Notes under the pieces: model-generated
Seen by the model: the letters and a program-made list of their open reading frames with translations, nothing else
The model's database searches: none
Told to the model about the DNA's origin: nothing
Made by a program: the position numbers and the translations under genes
Part shown: one piece after another, positions 9,901 through 21,521 of the stretch
Layout: every line of letters starts with the position of its first letter
Numbering within the stretch: the first letter of the stretch is position 1
Source: an uncultured delta proteobacterium
GTDB taxonomy: Bacteria > Myxococcota_A > Polyangia > Polyangiales > Polyangiaceae
Assembly (NCBI GenBank): GCA_963850305.1
Contig: CAWKKR010000004.1
Span: 288,001-352,000, forward strand
Direction: 5' to 3'
Length of the DNA: 64,000 bases

Positions 9901-12900
9901 AGACTGTCCAGGGCGACCTCGAACGCCGATTCGACGAGCTCCGTCGCACGCTCGGGGTCGCCTTGTCGCGCCGCGATCTCGCTCAGATCGAGGTAGATTT
10001 CGGCGCGCCCTGGCGCTTCCGCCGCGTCTTCGTCCGGCTTGCGGAGCACGAGGAGCAGGCCACGATACGTTCTCTCCGCCCGCGCGAGCTGTCCTTCGGC
10101 GAGCGCCAGCTTTCCGAGCTCGTAGAGAATTCCAGGGTGAGCCGGGTTGATCTTCGCACCGATGTCGAGCTCCAGGAGCGCCTCGACTCGCTTGCCGGCG
10201 CCGAGATAGGCGCGCGCGAGATAGAGATGTACGAGCGCTCAATCCTTCGGGCGCCGATGACCGTATCGATCGACCTGGGCTCGGAGGACGGAAGCCGCGG
10301 CGTCGTACCGACCCGAAGCGCGGAAGGCCTCGCTGAGCGCGAGCCGCAAGCTCGGATCGTCGGGGTCAATCTCGATGGCGCGTTCCAGCAGCGGTACCGC
10401 GGACGCGGGATCGTTTCGCTCGCTGGTGTGGAGAGAGGCGGCTTCCCGGAGCAACCCGAGGCGCGTCTTGTCGTCCGAGGCCCGTTCCGCTTCGGCAACG
10501 AGGAGCAGAGAGAGCGGATCCCATGCACCGTGGCGGCGGTAGAGCTCGGCCAGGCGCGTTCGCACGGCGCCCGCGTCGATGGCCACCTTGGCCGCATATT
10601 CGAGCCGCGCCAGCGCCCGCTCCCAATCGCCGAGAGCAAGATACGTGTCGGCAAGTCGCAGGATTCGTTCACCCAGCTCCTCACGTCCCGACTGCGCGCA
10701 CAGCCATTCGAGCGTGAGCGCCGCTGAACGATGATTCTTCCGACCCTCGTAGATGCGGGCAAGAGACTCGAGGGACGTCTCCCCGCCGAGCGCAGCCCCC
10801 TGCCGATGCACTGCGATGGCGCGCTCGACATCACCAAGCTCCGTTTCCCAGATCCGCGCGGCACGCGCCCAAAGCGCGGCGGAGCCCGCGCGGTCTCCCG
10901 CATCCGCACGGCAACGCGCCTGCTCTTCCCACAGCGTTGCGAGTGCGGCGTGACGACCCGCCTCGTCGAGCAAGCGGGCGAAGCGCGTCACCGACGCAAG
11001 CGCGACCTCGTCCGTCGGATCCTCGGAAAACAGGCCCTCCAGGATCTGGATCGCGCGATCCGGATCTTCGAGTCGATCGGAGCATGTCCAGGCGGCGTCG
11101 CGGCGCAGCTTTCTCCTGAGAGATCGCTCGAAGGGGAGTGAGGCTCCGCGAAGCTGGGTCTCGACCACGCGCTCGAGCTGCCCCGCCTCCAGATACCGTC
11201 TGACGAGCGTCTCCACCGCCCAGGAAGCCGCGTCCGCGATCGCGGCGTTCGTCGCCGGCCCGTCACGTCCCCACTCGCGGACGGTGAGGTCGAGAAGAGT
11301 CGAAGCAACGAGCAACACGGACTCGCGATCGGCGATCCGGTCGGCGATCGTCGTCGTGCGAGCAAAGTCGCCGGCCTCGACGTAGGCCTCCAGCGCCTTC
11401 ACGGGAGCACCGGTTCGATCGCGATGCAGATCGCCGAGCATCCGATAGAGTCGGATCCGCTCCGTGGGGCGTTCAGAGGACGACGCCGCGTGTTGCACCA
11501 GCATGGCCAGCTCTTCCCAGCGACCATCGCCCTCGAGGAGAGCCGACAACGTCTCGAACGTCTCCTCGTCGTGACCGAAGTCATTGCCGATGGCGCGCCA
11601 GGCATCGATGGCGAGAGAGGCGTCGCCGATCTTGTCCGCAAAGATCCTCGCAATACGAACGCGATCCGCACGACCCGCGGCTCCACCCACGATTTCGGCG
11701 CGACGTGCGAGAACGTCCACCAGTTCCCGGAAGCGGTTTGCGCCCTCGAGCGCAGTCTCGAGCCCGCGGAGAGCGTCGAGGTCACGAGGATTCTCGCCCA
11801 GCACCGTGCGCCACGCCACCGCGGCCCGATCGGCGTCATCGAGTTCGTCCAGTGCGATGCTCGCGAGCTTCGCGAGGAGGCCGCGGCGTCGCTCCGGCTC
11901 CTTCTCGACGGCAGCCGCGAGTTCGAGCACGTCGCACCGTTCCACCGAGCGGCCCGCAGCAGCCAGCAGCGGATCGAGCGTCGCGGCGACTTCCAGGGTC
12001 AATCTGGCGTCGCCGTCGCACGCGCTCAGCACGCGGCGATACGTAGCGATGGCCAGATCGCGTTGGCCCGTTTCGGTCTGGACGCTCGCGGCTTCGCGAA
12101 GCAGCTGGATACGGAGGTCCAGATCCGTCGTGGCACCCGCCACGTTCACGAGAAGTTCGGCCCGGTTGGCTTCGGTGCCCTCGAGACGCGAGAGCTCGGC
12201 AAAGCGCCCCCGGTATTCGGCGGACCGAGGGTCGAGCGCGACGAGGGTCGCAAGGTGCTGAAGTGAGCGACCTCGGGCAGCCGGATCGCGCTCGTACAAG
12301 GCGAGCAGTTCTTCGAGCCGCGTGCGGCGCTCCCGGGCGTTCTCCGCCAGGTCCAACGCCGCCTCGAGAGCCCGCGCGAGTCCCTCGAGATCGCCGATGG
12401 TGCGATAGTGGCGTTCGAGGAGCCGAGCCGCCTGGTGACGCACGTCCTTCGGGACGCCTTTCTTGCGGGCCCTCTTGGCCCCCGGCGGTACGGACCGCCG
12501 CGGAGGCGGCAGGGACTTTCCACTCGGGGGAATCGATTGAGCGAGCGGCATTCGAACGAGCCGCTCCAACAGAGAATAGGCAACGACGTCGTTCGGCTCG
12601 GCCCTCAAGACCTTCTCGAGCAATCCGAACGCAGCGGTCACTTCGCCGAGATCGAGCTGAAGACGCGCCAGGCGTGACTGCAGGCGCACGAGATCCACAC
12701 CGCTGACGGTCTCCACGCGGCGTTCGAGCAGGTTGAGAAGCTCGCGCGCCCGGCCGGAGCGGTCATAGAGACGTTCGAGCATGGACTCGACTCGTGCCTC
12801 GGGTCGGAGCGCCTGCAGTCGCTCGAGATAACGGATCGCCCTCTCCGAATCGTTCGCGAGATCTTTTGCAGCGAGTGCCGCCTCGTCGAGGAGATCCTCC

Positions 12901-15900
12901 TGTTCGCGCGCGTCGATGGCTCCTTCGATGGCGCGATCGTAGAGCGCGAATAGCTCAGTCCATCTCGCGTCGGCATTGTAGGACAGCTTGATACGATCGA
13001 GCGCCCAGCGCGCCCGGGGACTGATCCGGAGTACCCGCTCGAGAAGTCCGAGTGCGGCCTCGGGTTCGTCGAACCACTCCTCGTGGAATTCGACGTAGCG
13101 CCGCCCGACCGCTTCACCGAGCGCCGCCACCTCCGTGGTCGCGAGCACGCGGGCATACGCGTCCGTCACGATTTTCGGATCGCCCTCGCGCCGCGCGAGC
13201 CGCTCCGCGGCATCCCAGAGCGACGACTCGCCAGGCATTTCTTCGGCCGCCTGCACGGCAACTCGAAGAGAGCGCGCCGGCTCGGCCGACAGGAGCTCGA
13301 TGCGACGGGCGAACCACTCCGATCGCGCCGACGACAGAATCGGACGCCCCGCGCGTCTCCTCGAGCAGCGACGCAAGCAACGCCTCGCCTTCGGGGCCAT
13401 CGGTGCGGGATACGACGTTCGCGAACAATGCCGCCGCATCGACGCGACTCTCGGGATGGTGCAAGAGCTCCCGCGCCGTGCGGAGAGCGTCGGCGTTGGC
13501 CGGAGCGTGCTCCAGCACGCCCCTCACGAGAACCAGCGCGTCCGCGGCTCGTCCGAGATGTTCGACGAGGACGGAGGCGATCCGTAGCTCGATGTCCTCT
13601 CGATCATCGGGAGGCAAGCGCTCTCGAAGTCCCTCGAATATGCGCAGCAAGCCCGCGGCGTCTCCGCGGGACAGGAGGACGCGCGAGACGGCGTCCCGCG
13701 CGACGACGTGAGCAGGATCGAGGGCGAGCAGCTCTTCGTAGACCCGGACGGCTGCCGCCGGGTCGCCCATCGAATGCTCCTCCGCATCTGCCCACTCCGC
13801 GAGCACCGAAACCGGAATCGAGCTTCTCCCCGCCCGATAGGAATAGAGCCATCGCTGATCGTCGAACGTCGCGGGGTCCTCTCGATGCGCGCCGAGAAAC
13901 CTGCGAAATGTCTCGACGTCGGAGCTGTCGCCGAAGCTCTCCACGATGCCTCTCCAGATGGATGACGCGACGCCGCGCCGCGCCGCCATGGTTCCGAGCG
14001 CACGCGCCTTCACTGCCATGAGCTCGCGCGAGCGACGAGCCGCGTCCGGACCTTGGGCGAACATGGCTTCATCGGCCATGATGACCAGTTCGTCGATGGC
14101 GCCGGCCGCTATCGCTCGCTCTTCGATGGAAAGGAGGGCGTCGATGGGTTCATGGGATGCATCCAGGCGCAAAAGCGTGGCGAAGTCGACCGGGACCTTC
14201 GACCAAGCTCCGCGCTCCACGTATGCGTCCAGAAGGTAGCGAGCGGCCTCGCGATCCGTGGCATCGGTCTCGAGCAGCCGTTCGTAGAGTCGCATCGGTC
14301 CGTCGCCCGCACCGCCGAGCTCTCGCGACTGACGCGCGCCACGTCGAAATGCGTCGGCGGCGGCGACCGAGTCGCCGAGTTCGAGACGGACCGCGCCCAG
14401 CTTCTCCAGACCCCGCATCTGATCTGCGGGATCCACCGCGCGCGCGATGCGGCGCTCGAGAACGGCGGCGGCGGTCGGCAGATCGCCCAGCTCGGTTGCG
14501 ACGGCCTCGACTTCGGCGAAGCTCGACGGTGGAAGTTCGTCGGCCGCCAGGAGATCCCGGTACAGCGTGAGCGCCAGCGCACGTTCACCGCCGCGCAGCC
14601 GCTCCTCTGCCAATCGGACCCGAATCCCGACGTGTCTCTCCCCGGTGGCCCAGCCGAGCGCCGCTTCGAACTCGAGGACGAGCGCGGCTCGATCATCGAG
14701 GGAGGTGTAGGCTTCGACGAGCGCTTCGTGAACCGTGGCGTCGCCAGGGCCTTCCAGGGCGAGCAGCCGCAGCGTTTCGACCGAGCTGCGAAGGTCGCCC
14801 AGATCCCGACGCTGGATCTTGGCGATGGCGTGCAACAGATCACGCCGCCGGCCGGGGTCGCGCTCGCGCTCGACGGCACCTCGATAAAGCGCCAGTCGCT
14901 CTCCGGGACTGCCCTGTTCGACGAGGAGCTCGTCCACGCGACGGAGAACCTCCGACGACGAAGGTTCGAACGAGAGCACGCGGCGATAGGTCTCGATCGC
15001 GCGTCCAAGCTCGCCAGCGGTGACCTGCGCTTCGGCTGATTCGCGTCCCAGCTCACCAGCGAGGACGTTGTCGATCGGCACCCCGTCCATCGCCGACCAG
15101 AGCAGCGCCGCCCGGCGAGACGGATCCCCCGCGCGCGCCGATGATTGGCGAAAGCGAGCGAGCCAGCCAGGAACGTCGTTCCAGGATCGCTTCACTGCTT
15201 CGCTCAACCCGTGACCGGCAAGGTCGAGCGCACGTCGAGGATCCACCAGCTTCGCGTCGGCGAGACGGTGCGCCTCCTCGAGGGCGGAAAGTCGCCGCGT
15301 CGCATCCTCCGCGAGCTCGGCTCTGCTTTCGAGAATGCGGACGAGGCCCGCGTGATTCCCTTCGTCGCGATATGCCGGTTCGAGCAGTCGCGCTGCTTCG
15401 AGCCGATGAGCTCCATCGCCCAGGAGCTTCTCGAGCAGGCGCCGAGCGTTGGGCTCTTTCGGGTCGGACGCAAGCGATGCCTCGAGCGCGGTCAGCGCGC
15501 CTTCCGCGTCTCCGAGCTCGGCCAGCCGAACCTGCGCGAGTCTGGCGAGCGTCGCGGCGCGCCCCTCGGCGAGGCCATGTTTCGAAAGCTCGGACAGCGT
15601 CCCCGCGAGACCATCGAAGTCACGGTGCTGCTCGAGCAAGGCCGCGAGCCGGACGAGCGCCTCGGCGGAGGGCCCGTGTGCGGACAGGACGTCGCGGTAC
15701 GCCTGGATCGCCGCCGCCCGGTCCGGCGCGCGCGACGCACGGAGCTCGGCCGCGCGGAGCGCGAAGGCCTTCGTCTGTTCCGGATCTTTCGCGCGCGCCG
15801 CGCGACGTGAGAGGACGTCGATCGTGCCTGCGTCATCGCCGGTCGACGCGTAGAGCGCCTCGAGACGATCGAGTGCCTCGCTTCCCCGCGCCGACCCGAG

Positions 15901-17400
15901 GAGGGCTCGCCAAGCTACGATCGCGAGAGCAGGATCGTCCAGGGTGCCATCGCAGAGCTCCGCCAGACGTTTGGCCGCCGCAACGCGGGCATCCAGGTCC
16001 GGATCCGCTCGAATCAGGATCTCGAGCAGTCGGGCGAGTCCCTTCGCGTCCGAGCCGTCTTGATGAAGCTCGACGACTCGCTTCACTATGGCCAGTCGCG
16101 CAGCATCACTCGGGACGTCTTCGACGAACGGTTCGAGCGCGGCTCGAGCGCGGCGCGCATCCCCCTGCTTGGCATAGAGGCCTGCGATCTCCAGGCTGAC
16201 GCTGACCCGAACATCGGCATTCTTGGCCGCTCCGACCGCGCGCGAGAGCAGCTTTGCGGCCTCGGCTTCCCGATGAAACGTCGTGCTGACTTGCAGGTAA
16301 CGAGCGCGCAGCTCGTCGTCACCCGGATCTCGCGCCACGAGCGGTTCCAGGAGCTCGAGGGCGCCCGATGGATCCGACAGCACATCTTGCCGCAAGATGG
16401 CGAGGCGCCGGTGCACGTGCGCAAGGCGAGGCGCCTTCGCGACCTTGAGCTCCAGCGCAAGTGTACTGGCCTCGTCTTCGAGACGACCGAGTCTGCGGTA
16501 AGCGTCCGACAGCATCGGCGCGATGCGAGCGGCGACAGGCCGGTGATCGATGAGCGCCTCCGCCGCCTGGAGCGCCGCGGACCCGATCGGATCGCGCGAA
16601 AGGAGAGCCTCGACGTGCGGGGCGGCGCGCGCAGGGTCCCGCAGCTCGCCGCGATAAAGCCCCACCAGCCTGAGACGGACTTCGTCCGCAGCGGCCTCGC
16701 CCGATGCTCGCGTGACCGCCCGCTCGAGCAGTTCGGCCAGCTCGCGCAGACGCCGCGCGGTCAGGTAGTGCCGCTCGAGCGTCTCCTCCGCGCTCCGATC
16801 TTCCGGATCGAGCTCGACCACCTGCCGGTACAGGGACGCGACCTCGTCGCCCGTGCCGCCGAACGTCTCGAGGAGCTCGATGGCGGCGCGAAGGAGCCTG
16901 AGCCTGTCCTTCCTGTCCTTCGTCCGGCCGGCGCTATCCGTATAGAGCTTCGCCAGCTTCGTCCCTTGCTGCGCGCTCGCGAGCAGGGTCTCCAGCTGAT
17001 CGAAGATCTCGGCATCGTCGGGGGACAGCGCGAGCGCGCGCTCGCCGTACCCGATCGCCGCCTCCACGTCGCCGAACACGTCGCCGAAGAATCGAGCCGC
17101 CGCGAGGAAGAAATCGGCTTGCTTCGGCTTTGCCAGCAGCTTGATGCGATTGTCCCGAGCGACGCGTTCGTAAGCGAAGCTCAGATTTGCGACGCGTTCC
17201 TGCGCAACGACCGCGTCGTGAAATCGCGCGAAGAGCTCGGGCGTCGCTTCGCCAGACGCCAGGCCCGTGACGAGCGCGTCGAGCACCTTGCCCTCGTCCT
17301 CGATCGGACGACCGAGCAGAGCCGCAAGGGGCTCCGACCTGAGCGATGGTCGCAGACTCGGGCGAAGGCTCGGACGGTCGCCATTCGGAGTGTCAGCCAT
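6915..17400 (-). CDS. Giant TPR-repeat protein (AgmK-like), ~3,494 aa if repaired; interrupted by a +1 frameshift at 13337-13341 and an in-frame TGA at 10239-10241
   Basis: Three consecutive TPR-like helical ORFs (17400-13339, 13337-10242, 10238-6915) join after removing one base at GATTC and reading through TGA. The text past the TGA (ALVHLYLARAYLG...HPGILYELGKLAL) is an in-frame TPR. Confidence 0.8.
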
Positions 17401-17522
17401 GTCCCTTTGGCTCTTCGCGTCGTCGCGCCGGACGAAGCGAGAACAAGCGACCGTACCGCGCCCGGCGCGGCGCCCAAAGCAGAAGGGCACGCCGCGCTGC
17501 GCCAGGCGAGAGACGGAAGCTA

Positions 17523-17665
17523 CTAGTGCGTCGATCCCATCGAAGCGATGGGAATTTCGAGTCCCCCGACTGGGCGAGGGCCTCGAAATTCCTGCGCCAT
17601 GCGCCTGTCTGAATCGACCACTGACTGTCCTGACGTGCCTCGATTCGAGTGAATCGAGGCACTAG
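17523..17665. mobile_element. Putative MITE-like element flanked by CTAG
   Basis: ctagtgcgtcgatcc (17523) vs gaatcgaggcactag (ends 17665): inverted match at 13 of 15 positions, CTAG at both ends, three internal hairpins, no coding capacity. Confidence 0.55.
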
Positions 17666-17703
17666 CCGGATGATCAGCGCAAGCGAGCGGGAGCGGCGGA
17701 CAC

Positions 17704-19002
17704 TTATCGCCGATCTTTGCCGAGAACGACGTCCCCGCCGACACCGAGCACGACCATCGCGTGGGTGCGCATATCGCCGCTCGCGATGTCGCCGCCCGGA
17801 ATGAGCACGGAGCAACCGGACGACGCGCTCGTCGTCGTGAACCGGCCGATGGTCGCCATCGCAAACGGGGTCAACTGCAACCAGTCGGCAACGGGGAAGA
17901 CGCCTCCGCCGCCAAAGCGGAGCCCAGCCCCCGTCGCCGAGAGATCGCAATCGTCCGGCTTCGTGCCGATGGTGGTGGTCAGGGCGAACGTCTGAGCGAA
18001 CACGACGTCTGCCTCGCCGAAGCCACCCATCCTTCCAGGCGGCGTGCCGATGATGAGCCCGAGCCCAACTGCCGTCGCAGTCGTCTTCTTGACGTCATTC
18101 GCGCCGACGAATCCGCTGCCAGACGCCAGCGTTTCTCCTTCCAGGTAGAGCACGGGGGTAAAGTACTGCGCAATCCGAACGCCCGCGTGGAGTTCGAGCG
18201 ACCCTCCCGGCTGAAAGGCGTCGCTGACGTTGAGGTCGCTCGTGTTCCCGCTGAGATCCCGGTACGCGAGGATCTTCCCGGTCGGCAGCGCTCCGCCGAG
18301 CCGGAGTCCGAACATGAACCCGAAGAGCGTCGGGTTACTACTGCTCGTCGCGGTGCGGATATCCATGGCCGGCGCGGGCCCGGGGTTCGCTCCCGCGGAC
18401 GGATTGCTCTGTGCGACGAGAGTGAGTGTCAGATCTTTCTGGGTCGCTTCCGCAACGTCGACATCCGCCGTCGCGTTCGCGTAACCCGTGGCCGCGAGCT
18501 CGACGTGATGCTTCCCTGGATTGATCGGACGCGGAATGCCGATGACGGCGGCCGCGACCGGCGCGCCGTCGATCTGGAGAACGGGTTCGGGCGCGTTCGC
18601 CGGAACCGCGATGATGCGCAGCGATGGGACCCGGGGCTCGATCGCCGCGAGCTCCTTACGCCCCTCGTTCACGGCGGAAATCCACGCTTCCGGAGCGCCC
18701 GGCGGAAGCTCGTAGTGGTCGATCGAACGGTAGCTCTCGGCGGCTTCGACGAGCTGCCCGAGCTTGTTCTGACACCGCGCGATGTAGAGCAGGTGAACTG
18801 GGACGTCGTAGAGGGCTTCGGCCCGTTTCAACCGGTCGAGCGCGTCGGCGTACTTGCCGGCGCGGAAGAGCCGAATGCCCTCGGTCGCGGCTTCACGCGC
18901 CGTCGCCTTGTCTGCCGCTGTTTCAGCCGCAGCAACGCCTGCGTGCGCCGTGAAAAGGAACGCGCCGAGCGCGGAGAAAAGCCAAGTGCGCCGTGAGCGC
19001 AT
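17704..19002 (-). CDS. Secreted TPR + PEGA-like + C-terminal outer-membrane beta-barrel-like protein
   Basis: Signal peptide, TPR (EGIRLFRAGKYADALDRL...LLYIARC), PEGA-like (IDG...INPGKHHVELAATGY), amphipathic beta C-terminus. Confidence 0.75.
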   Translation of the reverse strand: MRSRRTWLFSALGAFLFTAHAGVAAAETAADKATAREAATEGIRLFRAGKYADALDRLKRAEALYDVPVHLLYIARCQNKLGQLVEAAESYRSIDHYELPPGAPEAWISAVNEGRKELAAIEPRVPSLRIIAVPANAPEPVLQIDGAPVAAAVIGIPRPINPGKHHVELAATGYANATADVDVAEATQKDLTLTLVAQSNPSAGANPGPAPAMDIRTATSSSNPTLFGFMFGLRLGGALPTGKILAYRDLSGNTSDLNVSDAFQPGGSLELHAGVRIAQYFTPVLYLEGETLASGSGFVGANDVKKTTATAVGLGLIIGTPPGRMGGFGEADVVFAQTFALTTTIGTKPDDCDLSATGAGLRFGGGGVFPVADWLQLTPFAMATIGRFTTTSASSGCSVLIPGGDIASGDMRTHAMVVLGVGGDVVLGKDRR

Positions 19003-19073
19003 AGACTCGAAGTAGCGCAGAGGGGGCGTTCGCGGTCAAGACCCACCGCCACCTCGCGCGACCTCGGCGCCCT

Positions 19074-20432
19074 TCAGTATCCCAGCAAGTCCGCGGGGCG
19101 AGCCGGGTGAGGCGCTGGGGTCGGCGCCGGCTTCGATGGCTCCGCTTCCGGAGGCCGTTCTGGACGTGCGTGGCTCGCTCGCGGGGTCCCTTCCGGGATC
19201 GGGCGATGCTCGGGCGGCGCCGCGCTGACCACCGGCGGCGGGGGGGCACTGGCAGGGACGACCTCCGGCGCGGGCGGCGCAGACGCGGGCACGGAGACGG
19301 ATACAGACGGCTGGGGCTCCGCGGCCGCCGCGTGAATCGCGACCTCCGGGCTGGAATGAAGGACGGCTCGGGCCCCGAACACCGCGATCGCGAGCACGAC
19401 GACGAAGAGTGCGGCCAGGCCCACCCACGGCAATCGCCGGCTCGGAACCGAAGGCATGGGCGTGGTCGCGAACGGAGAAGCCGTCACTGCCGGCGTCCGG
19501 GCGACCTGGCTCGAGCTCGGTGGATCGTGTTGCGAGCTTGCCGCGGATAACTTCGCATCGAGCCCGCACAGCGCCGCGAACGAATCGGACAGCTCCCCCG
19601 CACTCTGAAAACGGTCGTCGGGCTCACGCGCGAGAGCGCGCCGCACCCACTCGTCGAAGCCCGCCGGGACGTCGCTCGCGATCGACGACGGGACGGGCGG
19701 ATCCGAGGTGCAAATGTTCACGAGGAGATCGCCCAGCGCTTCCCCTTTGAACGGCATCGCGCCGACGACCGCGCGGTAGACGATGACGCCGAGCGCCCAC
19801 AGATCCGTGCGGCGATCGACGGTGCGGAGACCCCTCGCTTGCTCCGGGCTCATGTACTGCGGCGTGCCGAGCACGGCTCCCGTGCGCGTGCTCGAGGAGC
19901 TCGGCGACCCGGGGTCGGTGATCTTGGCGATGCCGAAGTCGACGACCTTTGCAATGTCAGCGTCATCCTCGTCGTCACGAACCAGAAAGACATTCTCGGG
20001 CTTCAGGTCCCGATGAACGATGCCCGCTTCATGCGCCTTCGCGAGCGCCCGGGAGACGTGGAGCGTGATTCGCGCCGCTTCGAGCGGAGCGATCCGTCCA
20101 TTTCTTTCGAGCCGCTGATCGAGCGGTTCGCCGGACAGAAACTCCATGACGATGTACGGGCGGCCGTCGTCCCCGACGCCCTGGTCGTAGACCTGAACGA
20201 CGTGTTTGCTCCGGAGCCGTGCGGCGGCACGGGCCTCGTTGACGAAGCGCTCCCCAATCTCCTTGCTGCCCGCATGCTCCGCGTCGATGAACTTGATCGC
20301 GACGCGCGTTCCGAGGCTCTCGTGCACCCCCTCCCACACCGCTCCCATTCCGCCGCGTCCGAGCAACCGCGTGACGCGGTACTTCCCCGCGATGAGCGAG
20401 CTCGGCGGACGCAGATCGTCGGCTTCCGTCAT
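19074..20432 (-). CDS. Membrane-anchored Ser/Thr protein kinase (Hanks type)
   Basis: LGRGGMGAVW, VAIK, HRDLKPEN, DFGIAK, GTPQYMSPEQ; TM helix and Pro-rich tail. Confidence 0.95.
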   Translation of the reverse strand: MTEADDLRPPSSLIAGKYRVTRLLGRGGMGAVWEGVHESLGTRVAIKFIDAEHAGSKEIGERFVNEARAAARLRSKHVVQVYDQGVGDDGRPYIVMEFLSGEPLDQRLERNGRIAPLEAARITLHVSRALAKAHEAGIVHRDLKPENVFLVRDDEDDADIAKVVDFGIAKITDPGSPSSSSTRTGAVLGTPQYMSPEQARGLRTVDRRTDLWALGVIVYRAVVGAMPFKGEALGDLLVNICTSDPPVPSSIASDVPAGFDEWVRRALAREPDDRFQSAGELSDSFAALCGLDAKLSAASSQHDPPSSSQVARTPAVTASPFATTPMPSVPSRRLPWVGLAALFVVVLAIAVFGARAVLHSSPEVAIHAAAAEPQPSVSVSVPASAPPAPEVVPASAPPPPVVSAAPPEHRPIPEGTPRASHARPERPPEAEPSKPAPTPAPHPARPADLLGY

Positions 20433-20648
20433 GGACGCCCGTAACGATAAACCAGCGCCTCTCCGCGTGCGGCAGCAAAGACGGGAAAGGCCTGTTTTCT
20501 CGCGATTCCACGTCGCGCAGGCGCGGTGGCGCGCCGTCCTCGACGCAAATCACCGAGCTTCTGACGCGACCCCCGCACGCCGCGCCCGTGCGAATGTGGC
20601 GCCCCTCCATCCGAAAGCCCCGCTTGTCCTCGCTTTCCCGCGCGCGAC

Positions 20649-21428
20649 TCAGAAGACCTGCTTCAGCATCTTCAGCGGATGAAACTTCGTCCAGATGTCT
20701 GCGGTCTTCGAGCTTGGACGCGCAAACATCTCCTTCGCATAGCGAGCCAGCGCGGGTCGTCGATCGACTTCGCTACCCATTTTTATGAAATGGAAGCGCG
20801 CGATGAATGCGGTCCAGACGACGTCGGCGGGTCCGTACGACGTCGACGCAAGGAACGAGCGGCCATCCGAAAGCGCGGAGTCGAGCGCGTCGAGGTGTCC
20901 TCGGGCTTCCCCGAGGCGCGTCGCATAGCCCGACACGATGGCTTCGGGGTCGAACGTCTTGCGTCGGCCGGCAAACTTTTCGGCGCGGGCCCGGTACCGC
21001 TCGGCAAGATCGGGGTTCTCGTTCGCAAGCGCGAGCAAGCGCGCCTGGCTCTTCGCGAGGGTCTTCGAGACGAATCGACCCATGAAAGGCTTCGAGGTCA
21101 GCAGTTTGCCGAACGTGAGGTCCTCGATGGGAAACCCGTATTGACGATCGACCCAGCCATGCGTGGCGCCGTCGAACCGCTCGACGCCGCCGAACGCGAA
21201 GTACACGATGTCGCGGCTATCGGTGAGCAGCTTGCCGTCCGGCAGCGAGAGCGACGGTACCGTCATGTTCGGATTGATGCGCGCGTACGCCGGCTCGAAC
21301 TGCTGCACGCGTCGATGAATATCCACGATGGTCGACGCGAATGCGACGCCGGCCTCGACGAGCGCGAGTCGCGCGATCATCGAGTAATACGATGGAGCAG
21401 CGTGATACAGGCGAGGAAGTGCCGTCAC
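20649..21428 (-). CDS. Glutathione S-transferase family protein
   Basis: LYHAAPSYYSMIARLAL, YARINPNMTVPSL, DSRDI, YGPADV; start codon uncertain (GTG 21428 or 21452). Confidence 0.8.
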   Translation of the reverse strand: MTALPRLYHAAPSYYSMIARLALVEAGVAFASTIVDIHRRVQQFEPAYARINPNMTVPSLSLPDGKLLTDSRDIVYFAFGGVERFDGATHGWVDRQYGFPIEDLTFGKLLTSKPFMGRFVSKTLAKSQARLLALANENPDLAERYRARAEKFAGRRKTFDPEAIVSGYATRLGEARGHLDALDSALSDGRSFLASTSYGPADVVWTAFIARFHFIKMGSEVDRRPALARYAKEMFARPSSKTADIWTKFHPLKMLKQVF

Positions 21429-21521
21429 GGATTTTGGGCGGCACGCTACCACGGAGGCGTTCTCGACCGAATCCGGTAGAGCTGAAGACGCGGGGCGCGG
21501 GACAGCGAGAGGCCCGGAGTT

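Noticed and set aside
10239..10241. Selenocysteine or programmed read-through at the in-frame TGA
   Set aside because: The position is a helical TPR residue (Leu in the parallel repeat), not a Cys-type site; a CGA->TGA change at a GATC is the simpler explanation.
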